Of a DNA stretch of 64,000 nt, positions 1 through 8,388 are shown in pieces (the stretch's first letter is position 1; every line of letters begins with the position of its first letter). This DNA is from Bacteroidota bacterium (GTDB lineage Bacteria; Bacteroidota; Ignavibacteria; Ignavibacteriales; SURF-24). The notes below the pieces were generated by a model. The model was not told the origin of the DNA. It made no database searches and was given only the letters and a program-made list of their open reading frames with translations. Both the position numbers and the translations under genes were made by a program. The stretch is taken from NCBI GenBank assembly GCA_030706145.1, contig JAUZPB010000009.1, positions 2,781 to 66,780 of the forward strand, written 5' to 3'.

Positions 1-910
1 ACAACCAGGGGCTACAGAAAAATCAGTTTACTTTCCTAAAGGAGAATGGATTGAATATTGGACAGATAAAGTTTATGATGGCAATAGAACTAATAAAGTT
101 GCTGCCCCATTAGATAGGATCCCTCTATTTGTAAGATCAGGAAGCATTATTCCAATGCAACCAGTTATGAATTATTCAAATGAAAAGGAATTAGATACAC
201 TAATACTGTCAATTTATCCATCATTAAAAGAAAATTCGGAATTTACTCTTTATGAAGACGATGGAAGTAGTTTGGAATATCAAACAGAGAACTACTCAAA
301 TACACTGATCACGCAAGCGCTTATCGATGGCAGTAGCGGGAAAAATATGTTCATCGATATAATTCCTGATGGCAAAAACTACAAAGGAAAACCATTAAAC
401 AGAGTATACCGAAGTGAAGTGCATCTAATTGAATTAAAACCGGCTTTTGTTAAAACTAATAACAATATCCTTGCAGAGAGAAAGACATTAGATGAATTGA
501 AAAAAAGTGAAAGTGGCTTTTATTTTGATGACATAACTTCAAAATTATATGTACAGTCAAGTGGTGATATTAATAGCACATATAATATAGAGATAGGCAA
601 TGTTGAAATACTAAGTGAAGTTAAAAAAGTATCTCAAGTGGTTAAAGAATACAGTCTGGAACAGAACTATCCCAATCCTTTTAATCCCCTTACACATATA
701 GGGTTTTCAATACCTGAAAGAAATCAAATAAGACTAAGCATTTTTGATATCTTAGGACGGGAGATAGCTGTATTAATAAATAATGAGATTAGAGATACAG
801 GTAAATATGAAGTTAGTTTTGATGCAACAGATTTGCCAAGCGGCATATATTTCTATAAACTACAAGCTGGTGGATTTATGGAAATACGGAAAATGAATTT
901 GATAAAATAG
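1..910 (+). CDS. Glycoside hydrolase family 31 (alpha-glucosidase/alpha-xylosidase-like), 3' fragment entering from upstream of the window, with a T9SS C-terminal sorting domain
   Basis: The frame is open from nt 2 (QPGATEKSVYFPKGEWIEYWTDKVYDG...LDRIPLFVRSGSIIPMQP, a typical GH31 distal region). The last ~80 aa (LEQNYPNPFNP...SGIYFYKLQAGGF...) match the Por/T9SS type-A C-terminal domain pattern. TAG stop at 908-910. Confidence 0.8.
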   Translation, partial: QPGATEKSVYFPKGEWIEYWTDKVYDGNRTNKVAAPLDRIPLFVRSGSIIPMQPVMNYSNEKELDTLILSIYPSLKENSEFTLYEDDGSSLEYQTENYSNTLITQALIDGSSGKNMFIDIIPDGKNYKGKPLNRVYRSEVHLIELKPAFVKTNNNILAERKTLDELKKSESGFYFDDITSKLYVQSSGDINSTYNIEIGNVEILSEVKKVSQVVKEYSLEQNYPNPFNPLTHIGFSIPERNQIRLSIFDILGREIAVLINNEIRDTGKYEVSFDATDLPSGIYFYKLQAGGFMEIRKMNLIK

Positions 911-922
911 GTATGCTTTAGC

Positions 923-952
923 TTGACTTCTCATTTTAATGTAATATTTTTG
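923..952 (+). promoter_or_regulatory. Candidate FCB-type sigma-A promoter (TTG-N19-TAttTTTG) for the cdd-tdk-nupC-PNP operon
   Basis: TTG at 923-925 and TATTTTTG at 945-952, 22 nt upstream of the cdd ATG. This matches the Bacteroidetes-type -33/-7 consensus TTTG-N19-21-TAnnTTTG. Confidence 0.35.
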
Positions 953-974
953 CATAATTAAAATCGAGATAAAA

Positions 975-1370
975 ATGGATTATAATTTATTAGCTCAAAA
1001 AGCTATTGAAGCAAAATTCAAAGCATTACCCACTTATTCAGGCTTCCATGTTGGAGCTGCACTACTAACCAGTGATGAAAAAGTTTACTTAGGGTGCAAT
1101 ATTGAGACCTCGTCATATAGTCTTACTATATGTGCAGAAAGGACAGCCTTATTCAAGGCAATTTCTGAAGGTGAAAGGAAATTTGAAGCTATTGCAATAG
1201 CAAGTGATGATCCTGGATATTGCCCTCCTTGTGGTGCTTGCAGGCAAGTTATGCTGGATCTTTGCGGAAATATTGATGTTGTAATGGTGAATCATAAAAA
1301 TGAAATCATTGTAAAGAAAATGTCTGAATTGCTTCCTTTTGCATTTGGTGATGAGTATCTGAATAAATAG
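975..1370 (+). CDS. cdd: Cytidine deaminase
   Basis: 131 aa with the zinc-binding CAERTALF and CPPCGACRQ motifs typical of homotetrameric cytidine deaminases. Confidence 0.9.
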   Translation: MDYNLLAQKAIEAKFKALPTYSGFHVGAALLTSDEKVYLGCNIETSSYSLTICAERTALFKAISEGERKFEAIAIASDDPGYCPPCGACRQVMLDLCGNIDVVMVNHKNEIIVKKMSELLPFAFGDEYLNK

Positions 1371-1504
1371 CAGGCTAAGAAATAAAATATTAATATTTAT
1401 AAAGTAATAAGAGAAATACCAAAAAAGAAATATGTAAAAGAAGTTATTCCCATTTTACAGATCTTTATGTCTATAGAAAACAAAACAAGAGAGAAATAAA
1501 TATT

Positions 1505-2077
1505 ATGATGGAATTTACTCCGCATTCCACGCCCAAAAATACAGGTTGGATTGAGGTAATAGCTGGTTGCATGTTCAGCGGAAAGACTGAAGAACTAATC
1601 AGACGACTCAGGCGAGCCAGAATTGCAAAGCAGAACGTTGTTGTCTTTAAGCCACTGATCGATAACAGATATTCAAATACTGAAATTGTCTCCCATAGTG
1701 AACAATCACTTCCCTCAATAACAGTTGAGACTCCCTCTGAAATACTTGAACTTTCAAAGAATGCCCAGGTAATTGGTATAGATGAAGCCCAGTTTTTTTC
1801 AAATGATCTTGTTGATGTTGTCAATAAGCTTGCCGATGAAGGAAAAAGAGTTGTAATAGCTGGACTTGATTTGGACTATCGTGGAATTCCTTTTGAACCA
1901 ATGCCCCAGTTACTTGCGGTCGCAGAATATATTACAAAGACACTAGCTATCTGTGTTTGTTGCGGTAATCCCGCCGATAGGACTCAAAGGACTATCCATT
2001 CCTCAGAAAGAGTAATTGTTGGTGCTGCTGATTCATATGAAGCACGCTGCAGAAAATGTCATTATATACCTGAGTAA
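1505..2077 (+). CDS. tdk: Thymidine kinase
   Basis: 190 aa with P-loop [20 protein letters not shown], and a C-terminal Zn ribbon (CVCCG...CRKCH). Confidence 0.93.
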   Translation: MMEFTPHSTPKNTGWIEVIAGCMFSGKTEELIRRLRRARIAKQNVVVFKPLIDNRYSNTEIVSHSEQSLPSITVETPSEILELSKNAQVIGIDEAQFFSNDLVDVVNKLADEGKRVVIAGLDLDYRGIPFEPMPQLLAVAEYITKTLAICVCCGNPADRTQRTIHSSERVIVGAADSYEARCRKCHYIPE

Positions 2078-2091
2078 AACAGAGCAAAAAG

Positions 2092-3438
2092 ATGGAACTA
2101 TTTTCACTTATTAGGGGCATAATTGGCTTGCTCCTTATTCTCGGAATTGCTTTTCTTTTTTCAAACAATAAGCGAAAGATCAACTGGCGACTTGTTACAA
2201 GCGGTATAGCAATTCAACTGGTTTTTGCAATTTTGATCATTCATAGTGAGGCTTTAAGGAAATTATTCTTTCCACTTGGATGGCCTAAGGACTTAATGAA
2301 TTGGATGGGAGGCGCAGTAGTAAGTCTTTTAGGATATACAATGAAAGGAGCTGAATTTGTTTTTGGACGGCTTGCAATAGGAGCTGGAACAGATAGTCTA
2401 GGCTTCTTTTTTGCTTTCCAGGTTTTGCCTACCATAATATTTGTATCGACCTTATCCTATGTATTTTATTATCTTGGTATACTACAAGCTGTTGTAAAGG
2501 TAATGGCCTTTGTTATGTCCAAAATAATGGGGGCAAGTGGTGCAGAGTCACTCTCAAATACAGCAAATATTTTTCTTGGCCACACCGAGGCACCTTTACT
2601 AGTTAGGCCATATATAGAGAAAATGACAAATTCTGAACTATTAACCATAATGATAGGTGGGATGGCTACAATATCTGCCGGAGTAATGGTAGGATACGTA
2701 ATGATGCTTGGGCAGGCTTATTCAGTTAATTTTCACCAGGATTTATATGCCTCCCAGATTAAATTTGCAGTTCATCTTCTTGCAGGAAGCGTAATGGCGG
2801 CTCCAGGATCAATTGTAATTGCAAAAATAATTTATCCGGAAGTTTGTGAATCTGAAACCAAGGGGTCAGTAAAACTCAAAGTCGACAAAAATGCATCCAA
2901 TATAATTGAGGCAGCTGCTTCCGGAGCTTCTGATGGGTTGAAGCTTGCTTTGAATGTTGCAGCAATGCTCATTTCATTCATTGCATTAATTGCATTGATC
3001 AATTATCTGCTTATCTCATTTGGATACTTTACTGGAATTAATAATTACCTTCAAACAAATTTTGGTCAGCCATTATCAATGCAATTAATATTTGGATTGT
3101 TATTGAAATATATAGCAATTGGCATTGGGGTTCCTTTTAGTGATGCACTTCATTTTGGCAGCTTGGTAGGTACAAAAGTAGTGTTAAATGAATTTGTTGC
3201 GTATATGGATCTGTCAAATTTAATTAAGTCAGGAGCAATGACTGAAAAAGGAATTATTATGGCCACATATGCACTTTGCGGATTTGCGAATTTTTCATCT
3301 ATTGCAATTCAGATTGGCGGTATTGGACCTATGGCTCCATCAAGAAGGAAAGATATAGCTGCTCTTGGCTTAAGAGCCGTGCTTGGTGGAAGCCTTGCTA
3401 CGTTTATGACTGCAACAATGGCAGGAATACTAATATAG
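2092..3438 (+). CDS. nupC: Concentrative nucleoside transporter (NupC/CNT family)
   Basis: 448 aa polytopic membrane protein with CNT-typical segments (GAEFVFG, ESLSNTANIFLGHTEAP, CGFANFSSIAIQIGG). It sits inside a nucleoside-salvage operon. Confidence 0.88.
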   Translation: MELFSLIRGIIGLLLILGIAFLFSNNKRKINWRLVTSGIAIQLVFAILIIHSEALRKLFFPLGWPKDLMNWMGGAVVSLLGYTMKGAEFVFGRLAIGAGTDSLGFFFAFQVLPTIIFVSTLSYVFYYLGILQAVVKVMAFVMSKIMGASGAESLSNTANIFLGHTEAPLLVRPYIEKMTNSELLTIMIGGMATISAGVMVGYVMMLGQAYSVNFHQDLYASQIKFAVHLLAGSVMAAPGSIVIAKIIYPEVCESETKGSVKLKVDKNASNIIEAAASGASDGLKLALNVAAMLISFIALIALINYLLISFGYFTGINNYLQTNFGQPLSMQLIFGLLLKYIAIGIGVPFSDALHFGSLVGTKVVLNEFVAYMDLSNLIKSGAMTEKGIIMATYALCGFANFSSIAIQIGGIGPMAPSRRKDIAALGLRAVLGGSLATFMTATMAGILI

Positions 3439-3488
3439 ATCTAAGTAAATAGTTCACATTTAATCGAAGTATTGAAATAATCGAGATT

Positions 3489-4310
3489 ATGTTAAATATA
3501 AAATTAAAGTATGATAAACTCTTAAATGAAATTAAAGCAATGGCTCCATTCAACCCGGAACTTGCAATAATTCTTGGTAGTGGTTTGGGTGATTTTGCCT
3601 CGAACTTAAATACAGTAAAAGAGATAAGGACTTCAGAGCTTTGTGAATATCCGGTCTCGACCGTACAGGGCCATGACGGAAAAATCTGCTTCTCAGAATA
3701 CAATGGAAAGAAAGTATTGTTGTTCAAAGGCAGAATTCATTTTTATGAAGGATACAAGTTAGAAGAATGCATTCTTCCGGTACACTTAGCAAAAGAGCTT
3801 GGATGTCAAAGAATATTGCTTACTAATGCTGCCGGTGGAATTAACCCGAATTTTTCGCCTGGAAACCTGATGATCAATACTTCATTTAATTCTATATTCA
3901 TAATGAATGAAATAACAGAGTTAATAGGTATTGCCTCTAAAGAAGAGAAAGACAGATCTCTGGATTTCCCTTCCAAAGCTTTCAATGAATTAATAGAAAA
4001 AGCCGCAATAAAAGAAAACATTCAAATACGCGAAGGCGTTTACTGGTATACAAAAGGACCCAGCTATGAAACTCCTTCTGAAATTAAGATGATTAAGAAA
4101 TATGGCGGAGACTGTGTTGGAATGTCAACTGTACATGAAGCAGTTTATGCTTCGGTTCTAGGGATGCAAGTTGCAGGTATTTCATGCATTACAAATTATG
4201 CAGCTGGAATAACAAACCTAAAGTTATCTCATAAGGAAGTTACAGAGACTGCCAACATGGTAAAGAATACGTTTGAAAGATTATTGAAGAGTGTTATTTC
4301 ATTATTATAA
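3489..4310 (+). CDS. punA: Purine nucleoside phosphorylase (trimeric PNP-I / PunA type)
   Basis: 273 aa with ILGSGLG, RIHFYEG, TNAAGG, VGMSTVHE and ISCITNYAAG motifs. Confidence 0.88.
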   Translation: MLNIKLKYDKLLNEIKAMAPFNPELAIILGSGLGDFASNLNTVKEIRTSELCEYPVSTVQGHDGKICFSEYNGKKVLLFKGRIHFYEGYKLEECILPVHLAKELGCQRILLTNAAGGINPNFSPGNLMINTSFNSIFIMNEITELIGIASKEEKDRSLDFPSKAFNELIEKAAIKENIQIREGVYWYTKGPSYETPSEIKMIKKYGGDCVGMSTVHEAVYASVLGMQVAGISCITNYAAGITNLKLSHKEVTETANMVKNTFERLLKSVISLL

Positions 4311-4322
4311 TGAAATGTTAAA

Positions 4323-4348
4323 GGAGCGAAGGAATATTCGCTCCTTTT
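4323..4348 (+). terminator. Rho-independent terminator after the PNP gene
   Basis: GGAGCGAA / TTCGCTCC 8-bp stem with a 6-nt loop, followed by TTTT, 13 nt after the stop codon. Confidence 0.6.
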
Positions 4349-4362
4349 AAAGTTTATGTTGG

Positions 4363-4602
4363 TTAAATGTGAGTCTTATTGCTTGTTATAAGTACAATTC
4401 CTAAAGCGATGGCCAGCACGCTTAGTAAAATAATTAATATTTTTGAACGTAGACTAATTTTTTGTTTATAATAAGAACCATCTTTTGATAGCCCTTTCCT
4501 TTCATAATCACCTTGTTCAATTGACCAGTTATTGTAAAGTGAATTATTGGAAGTATCCTGCATTATTAATACCCTTATTCCCAAATTGTTAACAGAAATC
4601 AT
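4363..4602 (-). CDS. Hypothetical small tail-anchored membrane protein (start uncertain)
   Basis: ORF of 79 aa with a single C-terminal hydrophobic helix (ILIILLSVLAIALGIVLI). No recognisable family. May be spurious. Confidence 0.3.
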   Translation of the reverse strand: MISVNNLGIRVLIMQDTSNNSLYNNWSIEQGDYERKGLSKDGSYYKQKISLRSKILIILLSVLAIALGIVLITSNKTHI

Positions 4603-4704
4603 ATAGACATAATTATCATCATCAAAGACTTAATTATCTCACCAATATAGTCGTAAACTTATAATGAAATTTTAGTGCAAATATTCATATTTATCTAATA
4701 AAAA

Positions 4705-5466
4705 TTAAATTAGTGTTATATCATTTAAAAATGGCAACTTTTCTCTAATTTCGGCTGTCTCCTTAAGAGGTACATCGTACAAAAACAATCCTTCCTGATT
4801 TTCAATTACAAGTAATTCCTCTCCAAGGGGGTTAATTATACTTGAGAATCCATTATAGTCATTTGATAAATCAGTTCCTACTCTATTTACTCCAGTAACA
4901 AAGCATTGATTCTCAATTGCCCGTGCCTTCAATAAAGTCCTCCAATGTGAAATCCTCGAAGTTGGCCAATTTGCGATTGTTACTATGAGGTCTACCCTTT
5001 GTTTAGCGTACTGTCTGAATAATTCAGGGAACCTTAAATCATAACAGATAGAAAGTCCAATTTTCCAGTTATCTATATTAGTTATAATTGTCTTGTTCCC
5101 TTTTCTGTAATTCTTGTCTTCCCCAGAAAATGAAAAAGGGTGTATTTTACGATATTTACTGACAAGTTCACCCGATTTATTTATATGAAGCATGGAGTTA
5201 AATATATCATCATTATCCTTTTCAATCATTCCAGCCAGTATTTCGGTATTATATTTTACCGAAAGATTACAAAAAAAATCTCTTGATGGGCCATTAAGAT
5301 CTTCTGCAAATTCATGCGATTTCATTGTAAAGCCTGTAAGAGTCATTTCCGGGAAAATAAGCAAAGAGAAATCCTTATTTGATTTTTCAAGCAAAGTTTC
5401 GATCTTTCTCTGGTTTTTCTTTTTCGATTCCCAGGCCTGATCATATTGTATTAGTCCGATTTTCAT
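4705..5466 (-). CDS. Carbon-nitrogen hydrolase family protein (nitrilase/omega-amidase-like)
   Basis: 253 aa with the Glu-Lys-Cys triad in typical contexts (LIFPEMTLTGF, YRKIHPF, GLSICYDLRFPE). Confidence 0.85.
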   Translation of the reverse strand: MKIGLIQYDQAWESKKKNQRKIETLLEKSNKDFSLLIFPEMTLTGFTMKSHEFAEDLNGPSRDFFCNLSVKYNTEILAGMIEKDNDDIFNSMLHINKSGELVSKYRKIHPFSFSGEDKNYRKGNKTIITNIDNWKIGLSICYDLRFPELFRQYAKQRVDLIVTIANWPTSRISHWRTLLKARAIENQCFVTGVNRVGTDLSNDYNGFSSIINPLGEELLVIENQEGLFLYDVPLKETAEIREKLPFLNDITLI

Positions 5467-5735
5467 AAGTTTTGTCTATATGTTATTGTTCAAAAATAGA
5501 GATTTATACAAAAATATTCAATAAAAAGGCGGGCAGCGCAAAAAGAGTGATTCTTCTGCTCGGTTTAGATGTTTGACAGATGTAGGAACCTAATTTTTAC
5601 CTGATGATGCATAAAAATGCAACCTAGCGATGTTTTAGTTTAAAGGACCTATTACTTAAACAATTGTAATTCTAATTTAAAATAGATAAATTTTTATAAA
5701 AGGAAGATAAATAAACATATTCTAAAGGAGGAAGC

Positions 5736-6224
5736 ATGCTTTCGGAAAAAATTCAAAGAGCCTTAAATGATCAGTTGAATGCTGAGTTCTATTCATGGTA
5801 CTTGTATCTTGCTATGGCTGCATATTTTGACCACCTAAATTTTAACGGGTTTGCTAAATGGATGAAAATCCAGGCCCAGGAAGAAATGTCTCATGCAATG
5901 AAGATATATGATTACTTGAACGTAGTCAACGCTAAGGTCACATTAAATAATATTGGATCTGCTGCAAAGGATTGGGTTTCTCCTTTAGAAGTATTTCAAA
6001 ATGTTTATGACCATGAGGTTGAGGTAACAAATTCCATTAATAAATTAGTGGATCTGGCTATTAGCGAAAAAGACCATGCTACAAACAATTTTCTGATTTG
6101 GTTTGTAAATGAGCAAGTTGAAGAGATTGCGATTGCCGATCAAATATTAGGGAGATTAAAATTCATCGGTGAAAGTCACAATGGACTGTTTTTTCTTGAT
6201 CATGAATTAGGAAAGAGAGCTTGA
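5736..6224 (+). CDS. ftnA: Non-heme ferritin
   Basis: 162 aa with ferroxidase-centre context (LNAEFYSWYLYLAMA, QEEMSHAMK, EQVEE). Strong RBS AAAGGAGG. TGA stop at 6222-6224. Confidence 0.9.
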   Translation: MLSEKIQRALNDQLNAEFYSWYLYLAMAAYFDHLNFNGFAKWMKIQAQEEMSHAMKIYDYLNVVNAKVTLNNIGSAAKDWVSPLEVFQNVYDHEVEVTNSINKLVDLAISEKDHATNNFLIWFVNEQVEEIAIADQILGRLKFIGESHNGLFFLDHELGKRA

Positions 6225-6271
6225 AATATTCGCCCTTAAAAAAGGTTTATCTCTACCGGTTAAATTTAAAG

Positions 6272-6302
6272 GCTTAATCCACAAAAGTGGGTTAAGCTTT
6301 TT
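6272..6302 (+). terminator. Rho-independent terminator after ferritin
   Basis: GCTTAATCCAC-AAAA-GTGGGTTAAGC 11-bp stem (one G-U pair) followed by TTTTT. Confidence 0.7.
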
Positions 6303-7220
6303 CTATAAGTATTTTAAAAATAGAACATATAAAATAAAAATAATAGCAAATGAAGCTAAAATAGAAATGATCAAAGTTATTGCAGACATTGTTTTTGTCT
6401 CAAAGCTTTGCACCTTATGGTTATTCTTGTCAGGCTCTGCTATTACCGCTGATGCTTCAACATTTATTTCCTCAGAATGATCTTCTTTGTCCAGTATAAA
6501 ACTATTTTTGTCAACTAGATTATTGCTGCACTTTACTCCATTAGTAAAAAAGACCTCATCTTTCAAAGAGCCATCTTTGTTATAGAGTCTGGTATTTCCA
6601 TCCCTAACTCCATCTTTAAAGATTATCTCTTCTTTTAAATTCCCATTTTCATAATAGATCTGGGTAAGACCATCATCTTTTCCTTCCTTAAAGTTCTTGG
6701 TAGCCAAAATATTGCCACTTTCGTAGTAGAATTTTGAAGTCCCCTCAGGAAGTCCATTTTTGTAGTTCCATTCTCCCTTCAATGAACCGCTTTTATAATA
6801 AGTTTTATTAAGGCCTTCTTTTTTCCCGTTAATAAGATTCTCGTCACTTCTAAGTGTACCAGTTCTGAAATAAACTTTGGTTGAACCCTCTCGAATATCG
6901 TTTTTATAACTTATTTCTGACTTTATCTGACCGTCTTCAAAGAAATATCTTGTAATTCCATCCTGAAGATCATCTTTAAAGCTAATCTCGATCTTAGGTA
7001 ATCCGCTTTCAAAGAAAATCTTGGCCACTCCGCTTTTTTTTCCATTCTTATAAGAAATTACCTCCAATAGCTTACCATTTTCCTGAAAGAGTTTAACTTC
7101 ACCTTCAATCTTACCATTGACATAGTATTTTTCGGTTCTAGTTGCGCCGTTTTTATAATAAGTCCGAAAAAGTCCGTTTTTAAGTCCTTTTTCTATTTCA
7201 AAATCTTTTGCTATAGCCAT
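6303..7220 (-). CDS. MORN-repeat-variant (YwqK-like) repeat protein with a C-terminal membrane anchor
   Basis: 305 aa with about 9 tandem copies of a ~23-aa unit (G.....YY.NG.lk.E..fk.G...G). C-terminal hydrophobic helix ITLIISILASFAIIFILYVLFL. Confidence 0.8.
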   Translation of the reverse strand: MAIAKDFEIEKGLKNGLFRTYYKNGATRTEKYYVNGKIEGEVKLFQENGKLLEVISYKNGKKSGVAKIFFESGLPKIEISFKDDLQDGITRYFFEDGQIKSEISYKNDIREGSTKVYFRTGTLRSDENLINGKKEGLNKTYYKSGSLKGEWNYKNGLPEGTSKFYYESGNILATKNFKEGKDDGLTQIYYENGNLKEEIIFKDGVRDGNTRLYNKDGSLKDEVFFTNGVKCSNNLVDKNSFILDKEDHSEEINVEASAVIAEPDKNNHKVQSFETKTMSAITLIISILASFAIIFILYVLFLKYL

Positions 7221-7459
7221 ATTTCTAAATTCAGTTAAATAAATAGAATGAAAATTTCCCCAAATGGATTATACAAGTATAACATAAAATCTTATAAAGT
7301 TAAGATTTAATTATTCATTAAATTTAATGTAAAACAGTTTATTATCGAAATATCCACTGGATACTTTATACTTTTTATATTTTGCAGTATCTGGGAAAAT
7401 TGTTTCATAATCCTAATTAATTTTATATTTTTATCAATCGTAATAGAGGATTTATAAAA

Positions 7460-7927
7460 GTGCGCAGTGTAAAAGTTTCAAGATATTTACTAGCAATTTT
7501 TCTAACTGTTTTTTTATCGAGCCTGGCTGCTCAAGCTCCACAATCCTCACCATGGATCAGAGTAGAAAATAAGTTAAATCAAAATTTACGTATAGATATC
7601 AGCACAATAAAAGCACTTAATGACAGTGATATTTATATATGGGCTTTAGAAGTACACAAGCAACCACTTTTGATAGAAGGTATTGACAAGAGGATCTATA
7701 AGACAAAAACATATTATATTTTGAATAGTAAACTAAGAAGATATAGTATACTGGAAATTGTTCTTTATGATTCACTAAATACTGTAATAAAGGATTTTAA
7801 TTATAGAAAAAATCTTGATCAGGTTTCACTAAAGTATAATTATCCAATAATCGCAGCAAGTCCAGTAGAAGCTATTTTAAATAAGAGTACTGAATATTTG
7901 GCAAGGGAAAATGGGGAAAAACATTAA
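7460..7927 (+). CDS. Hypothetical secreted protein (possibly surface-adhesin-E-like fold)
   Basis: GTG start. N-terminal signal peptide (YLLAIFLTVFLSSLAAQA). The pattern W.rV......riDisti....sdiyiW resembles small periplasmic Adhesin_E-like proteins. The family call is weak. Confidence 0.5.
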   Translation: MRSVKVSRYLLAIFLTVFLSSLAAQAPQSSPWIRVENKLNQNLRIDISTIKALNDSDIYIWALEVHKQPLLIEGIDKRIYKTKTYYILNSKLRRYSILEIVLYDSLNTVIKDFNYRKNLDQVSLKYNYPIIAASPVEAILNKSTEYLARENGEKH

Positions 7928-8339
7928 AAACTTTTCTGATTCTGTTATAGTAAAATATTCGGAAATACATGGCAGTGGAATTTTTACAACAGAGGATATT
8001 CCGGCAAAAGCGCCGATTTTGATAATTGAAGGAGATGTCATCTCTACAGATGAAGCTGTAAGAAGAGAATGTGAAGAAGGTAATGTTTACATTTTCTGGA
8101 ATGGAGATGTATGTATTGATACAGTAAGGTCTGAAAAGATCAAATATATAAACCATTCCTGCTCACCTAATTGTCGTGTTTTAGGACGGAGTAAAAAATC
8201 CTTGAAATTAGTTTCTATTGGAAAAATTCAGGATGGAGAAGAATTGACAATAGACTATGCATATGATGAGATCTATGAGCATTGTAATTGCAGCAAGTGC
8301 AGTTCAAAGAGAAGTGTGCAGGAAAAACAAATTTTGTAA
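7911..8339 (+). CDS. SET-domain protein (putative protein-lysine N-methyltransferase)
   Basis: 142 aa with GSGIFT, NHSCSPNC, the pseudoknot ELTIDY, and a post-SET-like Cys cluster CNCSKC. Overlaps the upstream ORF by 17 nt. Confidence 0.8.
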   Translation: MGKNIKNFSDSVIVKYSEIHGSGIFTTEDIPAKAPILIIEGDVISTDEAVRRECEEGNVYIFWNGDVCIDTVRSEKIKYINHSCSPNCRVLGRSKKSLKLVSIGKIQDGEELTIDYAYDEIYEHCNCSKCSSKRSVQEKQIL

Positions 8340-8347
8340 AGAGTAAA

Positions 8348-8372
8348 GGAGAGTTTACTTGTTAAACTCTCC
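8348..8372. terminator. Hairpin between convergent genes (SET gene + / fadD -), a possible bidirectional terminator
   Basis: Perfect 10-bp stem GGAGAGTTTA / TAAACTCTCC with a 5-nt loop. The flanking T-tracts are short on both strands. Confidence 0.45.
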
Positions 8373-8388
8373 CCTTTCAAAAAGCTTT

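Noticed and set aside
5520-5640. Locally GC-richer segment with a 7-bp hairpin (CGGGCAG...CTGCTCG) in the 269-bp gap between the C-N hydrolase and ferritin genes; possible sRNA, leader, or Fur-type operator near 5670-5700
   Set aside because: It matches no riboswitch or sRNA consensus I know. The hairpin is short with a 19-nt loop and no U-tract. The AT-rich palindromic stretch upstream of ferritin only loosely resembles a Fur box. It would need genome-wide conservation or RNA-seq data to justify a call.
6275-6283. DnaA-box-like TAATCCACA, and the idea that the strand switch at 45.1-45.4 kb marks a replication origin
   Set aside because: The nonamer is simply one arm of the ferritin terminator stem. 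I found no cluster of DnaA boxes, no dnaA/dnaN, and no AT-rich unwinding repeats. Gene orientation also flips back again at 50.9 kb.
6303-7220. MORN-variant/YwqK-like protein as the antitoxin of a toxin-antitoxin pair
   Set aside because: There is no candidate toxin (YwqJ-like deaminase or nuclease) on either side. The protein is a membrane-anchored repeat protein that stands alone between terminators.
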